Under the pieces are notes generated by a model. That model saw nothing but the letters and a program-made list of their open reading frames with translations, was not told where the DNA came from and made no database searches. Made by a program: the position numbers and the translations under genes. This document shows, piece by piece, positions 27,068 through 39,000 of a stretch of DNA of 64,000 bases (its first letter is position 1; the number at the start of each line of letters is the position of its first letter). Origin of the DNA: Octopus vulgaris (Eukaryota); NCBI GenBank assembly GCA_951406725.2, contig OX597814.1:194494001-194558000 (forward strand), written 5' to 3'.

Positions 27068-30000
27068 AATACTGATAATAATAATAATAATAATCATCAT
27101 CGTTTAGCGTCCACTTTCCATGCTAGCATGGGTTGGACGGTTCAACTGGGGCCTGGGAAGCCAGAAGGCTGTACCAGGCCCAGTCTGATCTGGCAATGTT
27201 TCTACGGCTGGATGCCCTTCCTAACGCCAACCACTCCATGAGTATAGTGGGTGCTTTTTACATGCCACCGGCACAGGTGCCAGACGAGGCTGGCAAATAG
27301 CCACGATCGGATGGTGCTTTTTACGTGCCACTGGCACGGGGGCCAGGCGAGGCTAATAATAATAATAATATACCAATACTATGGAATATCAACAGAAAAA
27401 AGATAGTATACACACATGCCAGAAAAGGTCATAGAAAACTAGAAAGCAACCATACTATGGGATATGCCAATACACACAGATAGAGAAATTAAGGCCAATA
27501 GGCTGGATATAGTTGTCAGAGATCATCAAGAAAAAAAAATGCTTTCTAATTATGTATCAATACCAGCAGATGATAACGTTTGTCTAAAAGAAATGGATAA
27601 ACTTTCAAAATACAAAAACCTGGAAATAGAGGTAACTCGAATGTGGAGTCTAAAAACAGAAACAATTCTTATCATAGTAGGCACATTAGGTATGATAAAA
27701 AAAAAAATTCAGACAAAAGCATAAAAACACCAGGACCAACAAATATATATAACATATACAAAATAGCACTACTAGGCACTGCACACATCCTACACAGAAC
27801 ACTTTCCATACAGTAACAATCAGAGCATCACAACAAACCACAGTATGTACCCAAGGTACACAGAGCCATGCTCGATAGTGCAGTGAAAGCACGTGATAAA
27901 AATATGACTATAGAATGATGATGATGATGATGGTGAATAATAACAACAACAACAACAGCAGCAGCAGTCAGAATCATCAGGAAAATATTAAATACTTGAA
28001 AAGAACAGACAGTATGGTACCAAAGGTTGCAGGTACAAGCTCACTTTGCATGCAAGACAGTAGGAGTTCCAACAAAACCAGAGTTTGAAGGTGAAGAAAA
28101 TGGGAGGAAGAGAAGACAAAGACAAAGACAGAAAAGGAGGAGGAGGAGGAGAACTGTTTAAAATTCACTCACAAGGCATAAGTCATCCAGGGTGGTGGGG
28201 CTATAGCAGAAAACAAATGCCTGAGGTACCAACCACATGGTGGAATCGGACCTGAAACTATGTAGTAGCAAAGTGAGCCTCTTAACTCCACAGCCATGCC
28301 TGCGCCTACATGTATCTGTATAGGCATGCATGTTGCACAAATACGTACGTGCGTGCATGTCTTATGCACATTTAAACTTACCTTGAGGAACATTTTGAAG
28401 TTTGCATTATTCTGAAGGTCTTTCAGGACAGTGTTGGCTTGACCGAGGCCCTGTGCATAAACCTTGTATGCTTGATAGATCATCTGAAGCTAGAAATTAA
28501 ATAACATAAACATTTCATATAACAATAACAGATCTTTTTTATAAAATAATTAACAGCAACAGAAGCAGTATGACTACCAGGAGGTAAACTGTATTCTCCA
28601 ACTTAACATGAACATAATGTTAAAACACAGAGAAACTACATTATTTACCTTGAGGAGGACTTCTCATATAAACTTGTAATGCAGTGACTATCCCTCTATC
28701 ATATGTTAACCTCTCCACACTTTCCTCTCTTTTATGACTGCATTCAGTCAAGGGAGCTTTTCCTTTGTCTTTGGAATTACTTGGCAACCTCACTGGTGCT
28801 AGCATGGGGGGCTGGGGTGGAGATCCCACCCAGTTTGTCTGTAAAGTGGTTAGCATTAATAAGTAGAGTGAAAGGCAACAAGCTGGCAGAATCGCTAGCA
28901 CACTGGGTGAAATACTTAGCAGTATTTTGTCTGCCGTTATGTTCTGAGTTCAAATTCCACTATGGTCAACTTTACCTTTCATCCTTTCAGGGTAGATAAA
29001 TCAAGTACCAGTTGAGTACTGGGGGGTCGATGTAATCGACTATCCCCCTCCCCAAAATTTCAGGCCTTGTGCCTATAGTAGAAAGGATTAATAAGTAGAG
29101 TGAAATTTATTGAAGCTTTTTTGAGGTTGCTTGATCAGCTACAAACAGCAACAAAACCCTCTTCATATCAGACACCCTACTATATCAAGAAAGGGGCACA
29201 TTGGATAATATATCTTTTATTTTTTTATCTTTTACTTGTTTCAGTCGTTAGACTGTGGCCATGCTGGGGCACCGCCTTGAAGAATTTTTAGTTGGATGAA
29301 TTGACCCCAGTACGTACTTTATTTTTAAAAGCCTGGTTCTTATCCTATCAGTCACTTTTGTCAAACTACTAAGTTATGGGGACTTAGTAAATCAAACTAA
29401 GAGTACATTATTCCAATCAAACCTCTTTCTTCCTTTTGATGATAGCTGGAAGAGCATGAATTGAGGGAGACTGGACTATTATTTCCAGTAAGTTTGCATA
29501 GAGATTCTCTTGTTTATTGTGCCTGATTTGAAGTTTGTTTGTTTGTCGATGTGTACCCTTACCCTAATGCTATAAGCATTTTATACTTAACACAGAGACC
29601 AAGACAGTAGTTGTGCCATGGTGGGAGCCACAGTGTTGGTATTAGTATGGATGTAATAGATAAGGTATTAGCATAGATGTAATGGATAAGATGCAATAAT
29701 GCATCTAGTTAGGTGCCTTGTATAACTGAGTTTAAACCATGAGTTTCTCTTTCCCATATCTCTTTGGTATCAGTGATGTCAAGTACCAGTAATACTCACT
29801 GGTTTCACATGAGCCTATGAGAGAACTTCTATGTAGTCACTTCATCTCAGAGGAATAGCATTAAAACCTTCCTCAAGTCACAGCCTTCATTCTTTAAATA
29901 AAGAACAAGATGGGCTTGGTTGGAAGGTCAGATCACAGAGCTATTCAAACAGGGCTGACCTTAAGCAACAACTGGTCGTTAAGCAGCGGTGGGGGACCAA

Positions 30001-33000
30001 CACAGAGACACACGTGCGCGACAGGCTTTCTTCAGGTTTTGTCAACCAAATCCACTCACAAGGCTTTTGTTGGCTTGAGGCAATTGTAGATGATGCCCAA
30101 GTTGCCACATAGTGGAACCTTGGGCAAACGTGTCTGAAAAAATGGGATGGCCATAGTTGGAACATCTTTAACAGTAAGCCTGTTTGTTCAGGACTTATAT
30201 GTGGTTGTACAACAACATAGAATCAACAATGGCTACAACATAAAAATACAACAACAATATCAAAGTATTGTGGAAGACCTCCGTCGGTTAGGACGATGAG
30301 GGTTCCGGTTGATCCGAATCAACGGAACAGCCTGCTCGTGAAATTAACGTGTGAGTGGCTGAGCACTCCACAGACACTTGTACCCTTAACGTAGTTCTCG
30401 GGGATATTCAGCGTGACACAGAGAGTGACAAGGCCGGCCCTTTGAAACACAGGTACAACAGAAACAGGAAGTAAGAGTGAGAGAAAGTTGTGGTGAAAGA
30501 GTACAGCAGGGATCACCACCATCCCCCCTGCCGGAGCCTCGTGGAGCTTTAGGTGTTTTCGCTCAATAAACACTCACAACGCCCGATCTGGGAATCGAAA
30601 CCGCGATCCTACGACCGCGAGTCCGCTGCCCTAACCACTGGGCCATTGCGCCTCCACATCAAAGTATTAAGAACAACAGCAACACCACCACCAACAGCAA
30701 CAGCAGCAGCCATCCAAGAATTTGGACCTGGAGATCTCCATTTCCAGCGACTTCGAGGGCCACCTCCCAGTGGTGTCAGGCGTCAACGAAGAGCTCTTGA
30801 CTACAAGACGACCAAAGTTTTTTTCCCCACCAAGGTCTGGGTTCTCCTGCCCCTAAGCCCTACACCATCACTCTTACCAGTCTTGTTGCTTAACAACAAC
30901 AACAGCAGCAACAACATCCCCAACAACACCTATTTTTTTTACTACCCACAAGGGGCTAAACACAGAGAGGACAAACAAGGACAGACAAAGGGATCAAGTT
31001 GATTATATCGACCCCAGTGCATAACTGGTACTTATTTAATCGACCCCAAAAGGATGAAAGGTAAAGTCGACCTCGGCGGAATTTGAACTCAGAACGTAGC
31101 GGCAGACGAAATACCGCTAGGCATATCGCCCGGCATGCTAACGACTCTGCCAGCTCGCCGCCAACAACACCATTCCCACCACCAACATCAATGACAACAT
31201 TCTTACCTTTGATTTATAAATGAGACCAATATTGTGTATGATGTTAGAATCAGTCTCTGATGTATCGTCTGTTTCTGTGGAACTACAAGATGGTGCGTTG
31301 TATTGAAGCTGTTTCAGAAGATATTCTGACAATGTCACCAACTGAAAGTCAATCAATAAATTAGAAAGTTTATTAACCACTTAACCCTTTCATTACTATA
31401 TTTATTTTAAGATGCTCTGTGTTTCTTTCAATTACTTCAAATATAACAAAGAATTTAGTAAAATAACTTAGTTATCATTAAGCTAGAGTTAGGAACATTA
31501 ATTATGACTAAGCTTTGGTGGAAGATTTTAATTCAAAACTTATGAAAATAAGACATTTGTATTACAGATCCAGAGCTGGTTTCAGCTGTGTTAGTAACAA
31601 AAGGGTTAATATATTATCCTGTATATTTTCATTCAGAGATGTCTAATAAATATATATTTGAATGAAAATATATGCTCACTGTACTTGTCAATTATTTCTA
31701 CCCTGAAATACTTTGTCCATGATATTCCCTGTTTCCTATCGTTAACGATCAGTAATTATCATTTCTATCAATAATTTCATAATAAATCATAAACTAATCC
31801 AAAATAATTTTGTGTACTTATTCTTCTTTACAGACAGGATTCAAAATAAATTTTATTAAAATTTTTTTTTTTTTATTTATGCATCCTTTTCAAGCTAGTG
31901 GGCCTGGTTTCCGTGGCATATGTGTCCCCGCCCAGCTGGACAGGATGCCAGTCCATCACAGTGTTACTCAAGAAACAGGAAGAAAGAGTAAGAGAAAGTT
32001 GGGGCGAAAGATTACAACAGGGGTCGCCACCACCCTCTGCTGGAGCCTCGTGGAGCTTTAGGTGTAGTGTTGGTGAATCTCAGGAGGCATGTAAGTTTTG
32101 AAGGATGCAGTGCTCCGACAACTAACAACTGATATTGGCAGTTTGTTCCATACTTCAGCAACTCTTAGAGTGAAAAGATGTTTCCGAAAGTCTTGGGAGC
32201 TGCGCTGTTTTCTGACTTTGTAAACATGTCCATGGGTGTTAGACAGGTGGAGTTTGAAAAGGTGCTCAGAATTATTGTTAGTAAGATTGGTTAATAATTC
32301 ATGAGCAAGTATGACTTGGTAACATGTACCATAGTTTTGTTAATTGTTTTAGATGCCCATGTAGCCACAAGCAGACAAAGATAAGCTCTTGACCCCTTCA
32401 CTCTTCACTTAACAGAATATCTAGGACATGACAGATAGAGAGAGAAGGACTGCACTAGTACTCAGTGGTATTTATTACAGCAGAGAAGACTGGAGTATCA
32501 TGACATGAAGTATTGGGTTGTCCGGAAAGTTCGTGCCGATTTATAGTAGCTTACCTTTTGACTTATTTTAGAACATGGTTGAGTCCATAAAATAGGATTT
32601 GACTACACCTCCATTTAGAGCACAGTTTAAGCTATCTTTTCGTATAAGAAGGTTTATGTTCCTATAACCTGAGTTAATTCTGTAACCCTTTAAAATGGAA
32701 GATAAGAAAGTTCATTTTCGGCACTTGATAATTTGGGAACCAGACAAAAAATTGCTGCAGCTCAGCTGGGATGTGTTATCCCACCCTCCATATTCACCAG
32801 ATATTGCTCCTTCAGATTTCCACTTATCCAGGTCTCTGCAGAATAGTCTTAATGGTAAAAATCTCAATTCTTTGGATGACGTAAAAAGATACCTTGATGA
32901 ATTCTTTGCCATGAAACCACCTCAATTCTGGGAAGAGGGTATTTTCAAGTTAAAGGAAAGATGGAGACGCATTGTGCAACAAAATGGTTCATATTTGGTT

Positions 33001-35976
33001 GATTAAAAATGTAATAGCAAGTATTTACTGACCTTTTTCTTTCCTTTAAAAATCAGCATGAACTTTCCGGACAACCCAATACTTTGCTCAAGGATACAAT
33101 GTGCCACCCAACCTGGGGATTGAACCCACAATCTTGTGATTTGAGCTGAACACCCCAATGACTAGACCAAGTACCTCCACATCAGTCAATTACTGGGTAG
33201 ACTTAATTATATATACTCCAATCCCAAAATTTGTGGTCTTGTATATAGGAAGCACTCTGTCGGTTACGACGATGAGGGTTCCGGTTGATCCGAATCAACG
33301 GAACAGCCTGCTCGTGAAATTAACGTGTAAGTGGCTGAGCACTCCACAGACACGTGTACCCTTAACGTAGTTCTCGGGGATATTCAGCGTGACACAGAGA
33401 GCGACAAGGCCGGCTCTTTGAAATACAGGTACAACAGAAACAGGAAGTAAGAGTGAGAGAAAGTTGTGGTGAAAGAGTACAGCAGGGATCACCACCATCC
33501 CCTGCCGGAGCATCGTGGAGCTTTAGGTGTTTTCGCTCAATAAACACTCACAACGCCCGGTCTGGGAATCGAAACCACGATCCTATGACCGCGAGTCCGC
33601 TGCCCTAACCACTGGGCCATTGCGCCTCCACACTGGGCCATTATGGTCTTGTAGCAATGTTAGAAATATTAATAAATATAAAATGTAAAGCACTGACCTT
33701 TTCAATATTTTGGAAGAGTTCTGTGTGTTGTTTTTGACTGAGAATACAATGCCGTAATGGACGAGAGTATTGCTCGATACCTCCATGCATAAAATCGATA
33801 TATTCTCGTTCCAAATCAACCAGTTGTTGGATTGCTGCTGCCCTACTTTCTGACGTATCTGGCTTCGTTAACTGCAACACACACACACATACATGGAAAA
33901 ATAACATCATGGTATATACTTCAACATATACAGATACATCATCAGCTTACATCCCCCCTGATTACTTTGTATCCTTACCCTCACCTCTCTCCACGAATCT
34001 CATCTCTTCCTCTCTTATAGCTTCCCCCCACCTATCTCATACATTACACATTCTATCCTCATTTATCACAAAAATACAGTGATAAATGAATCATATCCAT
34101 GTACTTTCTAAATGGAACAAGTGATTCACTGACACCAAACTCATGGCAGCAAAGCTTCCACCAACATGTATTCTCTTGACCATGCCTGCCTTTTCCTGAA
34201 GAGCAATGGTTCTTGACGGGGGTCCATATTGCTCTTGGGGTCCACATAAGATTTTACAGTTGTATATTTAAGAGATGAGGAATTATGTACATTATTTACA
34301 TTCGACGGATATTTGTCCTCATCTTATTTGTTGTTAACACAATGTTTCATCTGATATACCCTCCAGCCTTCTTCAGGTGTCTTCGTGAATTTTCGAACCT
34401 GGGTTCTCATTCCTAAGGTATTTTTCAATGTTATCATTATTATTATTATTGCTATTGTTCAGGTCACTGCTTGGAATTGAACTCGGAATCTTGGGATTAT
34501 TAGCCTGCGCTCTTAACCACTACATCATATGCCCATGGGCAATTACGGAGTGAATTTTAGGGCTTATAAATCTAATATTTTTCTATCCTTCTTTAATACC
34601 GGTTCCTATATGCTGCTCATATCTGCATTCGATCTGCATATGAGCAGCATATGGAAACTGGGATTAAGGAAGGACAGAAAAATATTAGCCCATTCAAAGT
34701 ACTTTGGATCACAGGATGCCCTGCTGTGCTTACCTTGGTTTGTAGGGTGACCTGCTGTGCTTGAGGAGACCTATTGAGTCAAGCACATCAACATCAAAAT
34801 AAAAATCAAATAGAAATTGTAGTTGTGATACCTGTGCCAGTGGCACATAAAAAGCAACATCCAAACGTGGCCAACGCCAACACTGCCTTGACTGGCTTCT
34901 GTGCTGGTGGCACGTAAAAAGCACCAACCGATCGTGGTCGTTGCCAGCCTCCTCTGGCCCCTGTGCTGGTGGCATGTAAAAAGCACCAACCGATCATGGC
35001 TGTTGATAGCCTCCACTGGCCCCTGTGCCGGTGGCACGTAAAAAGCACCCACAACACTCACGGAGTGGTTGGCGTTAGGAAGGGCATCCAGCTGTAGAAA
35101 CACTGCCACATCAGACTGGAACAGCCTCTTGGCTTCCCAGACCCTGGTTGAACCATCCAACCCATGCTAGCATGGAAAACGGATGTTAAATGATGATGAT
35201 GATGTGTCCTTACCATAATTCTCAGACAGAATCAATGTGACGCTGTGTGATAAGGCTGTATATTTGAAATGCAGGTAGACCCCATCCAACAAGATTCTAT
35301 ACAATGCCTTGTCAGTGAAATTTGGTAGACAAAAACTGCACATAAGTTAATCATGCGTTTGTGTGTATACATGCTTTATGTCTTGATACTTAAAAGTTTG
35401 ACAAATAGAGATTGATAAAATCAGTACCAGATTTAAATTAAGTACAGCGATCATATAATCTTTTCTATTATAGGCACAAGGTCCAAAATTTTTTTAGGGT
35501 GGTGGGATTAGATTGAACCCTTTACGCACTTAATTTATCAACCCCGAAGGATGAAAGGCAAAGTTGACCGCAGTGGAATTTGAACTCAGAACGTAAAGAC
35601 AGATGAAATACCTATTTCTTTACTACCCACAAGGGGCTAAACACAGAGAGGACAAACAAGGACAGACAAACGGATTAAGTCGATTATATCGACCCCGAAA
35701 GGATGAAAGGCAAAGTCGACCTCGGCGGAATTTGAACTCAGAACGTAGTGGCAGATGAAATAACGCTAAGCATTTTGCCCGACATGCTAACGTTTCTGCC
35801 AGCTCGCCGCCTTACAGAGATCATATAATGAACTAAAACCATGAAGGCATGGCCCAAGAATGGTCACAATCTAATGACTGAAACCAGTAAAAGAATAAAA
35901 GTGTATATCTGTGTATGTGTGTATATACACACATGCGCACACACACAAACACATACATATATTATATCATATTATA

Positions 35977-36025
<49 letters not shown>

Positions 36026-39000
36026 AAATCATAGGGGGTCTTCTCATTGATTGAATCTAAAGCAAAAACATGCTTGAAGCATATACAGTCAAGCTGATCA
36101 TGCCCAATAAAAGGCATTTTTGTCATCTGAAGGGACCAAATACATCTCACTTGCTTCATACACTACACCTGCCTCTCTCTTCCTCATCCACTCCTGCAAC
36201 TAACCCAACATCATGTCTCTCTTTCATCCTTCTCCTATCTACTGTATCATATCATTACTTTTCTGCTACCCCCACTCACTTCTGATCCCTGTCCCACCCA
36301 TACCGTATACCTCGAACGTACACCCTGACACTTCACCACCACTATTTTTATTACGTTCCAGATCCACAGATTATTTCCCCTCTCTTCAAAAGCGTTAAGT
36401 AGCCTTCTAGCTCCTCTACAGCAAGAAACCTGGGATCTTTACCTTTTGACCGACAGATTTAAAAAATAACTTTTTGTAACTAAACACTAGAATGTGTCAT
36501 ATAAAACATCTTTTACTCTTAGCATTTTGAGAAAAACTTATATTTGGGAAGTTATTTCACCTTAAAGTTGTAGTATTTTGGTAATTTCAACCAATCAATG
36601 ACGTGTATTCAACTAAATAAAATTACTGCCGTTGTTTGTCAACAACAACTATTGGCAGTGTGTTTTTGTAACTGTTATTTATGACATCATTCGTTCGTTT
36701 GTACTGGTTTTAAGGTTAAGGCTTTAGGATTAGGTTTAGGGTTAGGGTTGTCATAAATAACAGTGACAAACAAAACATCCACCACTGGAAGTTCTTGTTG
36801 ACAAACAATGGCAGTAATTTTATTCAGCTGAATACATGTCATTGATTGGTTGAAATTACCGAAATAAGGCATACTTTAACATGAAATAACTTCCTAAATA
36901 TAAGTTTTTCTCAAAAATGCTAAGAGTAAAAGATGTTTTATATGACACATTCTACCAGTGTCCGAAGTTTGAAAGTGTTTAGTTACCAAAAATACTTTAT
37001 CCCATTTTATTCCTCGTTTTCAGGGTTCATTTTCTAGCAAACTACATGGTAACCTCCCTAGTGCTGATGGCATGAAAAAGGCATCCAAGACACTCTGTAA
37101 AATGGTTGACATTAAGAATGGCATCCAGCCTCTGAAATTATTCCAAAGCAGACACTGAAAACACAATGCAATCCTTAGGCCCAGTGGATCTTGTCAAACC
37201 ATCCAACTCATGCCAGTATGGAACATGGACATAGCTAGTATCTAATTACATCCCTTTACATCAATTTGATTTCAAATTCCGGTGAGGCCTAAATATGCCT
37301 TCTATCTTTCTGGGGTCAAAAATGAAATATCACTGGAATCAATTTGACTTATTCCTCACCACAAATAATGGCCTACAGCCTATATTAGAATCAATTTTAT
37401 TATCAGCATTCACTCACTCAACTCCCAAAATACTAGCTATGAGATTAAATGGTCCATTCTGGCTACAGCCTGATCCTACAGAGGTGATAGGTAAATTCCT
37501 AAGCTCTGCTTCTGCGAGGCTTTAGAAATTCATTTTTACTGAAAGGAAAAGATCCTTAATAAATGCAATAGGATTATCATAAATGTAAAGATAGATTAAG
37601 ATTTATCTTCTGTAACTTTCCGAGAGAGAGTAGATAACCCTAGTGGATTTATTTTATGGTATCTTGTTCACATTTTTCTCTCTCACTTTACATTCTTCTT
37701 TTGCTCAACTGTATTCTTTGTTTTTTCTTAGATTTTATTGTTATTTCTATTTTCCATTTTTTAATTGTACTTTTATACCCTTTACTCTTTTACTTGTTTC
37801 AGTCATGTGACTACAGCCAAGCTGGAGCACCACCTATAGTCAAGCAAATCAACCCCAGGACTTATTCTTTGTAAGCTTAGTAGTTATTGTATCGGTCTCT
37901 TCTGCTGAACCACTAAGTTACGGGGACATAAACACACCAGCATTGGTTGTCAAGTGATGTTGGGGGGACAAACACAGACACACAAACATATATATACGAC
38001 AAGCTTCTTTCAGTTTCCGTCTGCCAAATCCATTCACAAGGCCTTGGTTGGCCCGAGGCTATAGTAGAAGACACATGCCCAAGATGTCATACAGTGGGAT
38101 TGAACCTGGAACCATGTGGTTGGTAAGCAAGCTACTTACCACACAGCCACTCCTGCACCTATTTTCATTTTTTTAAAATCTTTTCTGTTACTTTAATTTT
38201 GTCATATTTTTAACTTCAAAAATTTTAAAACTTTATTTACCCCTTTCTTTTTTCTTTCCTTTACCTCATTATTATATTTTTATATTAGTATTAATCCTTA
38301 TATTGACAGTCGCTCCTCTTGTCAAAGTAGGCTGATTAAGGCAGGAGAACAAACCAGCCGAAACGTTGTGGTAACAACAATCATGATGAGGACACGTATC
38401 CATCCAATGTAAATAATGTAAATAATGTACAGAATTCCTCATCTCTAAAATAGTGAACAGTATTATCCTACTTCAATACTCAATTATCTTCTCTGGCAAT
38501 AACCTTTTAATTTTAATGTCATTCTAATTCTCTCAACCACTCATCCTTAATTAATTTCATCCATATCTATAAAATACTACTCTCTCTTATACTTGTTTCA
38601 GTCATGCAGCCATGCTGGAGCACTGCCTTTAGTCAAGCAAATCGACCCCTGCGCTTATTCTTTTTAAGCCTAGTACTTATTCTATCGGTCTCTTTTGCTG
38701 AACCGCTAAGTTACGAGGATGTAAACACACCAGCATCGGTTGTCAAGCGATGTTAGGGGGACAAACACAGGCACACAAACATATACACACACATACATAT
38801 ATATATATATACAAATACATTTATATTATATTGAGGGCATTATTATACATAAATGCTACACGCTAGGTCTGTGTGGCATTTATGTATAGTAATGCCCTCT
38901 ATATAATATAAATAAATATATTTAAGAGAAAAATTGATGGATTTTTCTCTTATGAGGTTTTTCATGCTCACTACTTGATAAATTCTTATAAAGATTTTAT

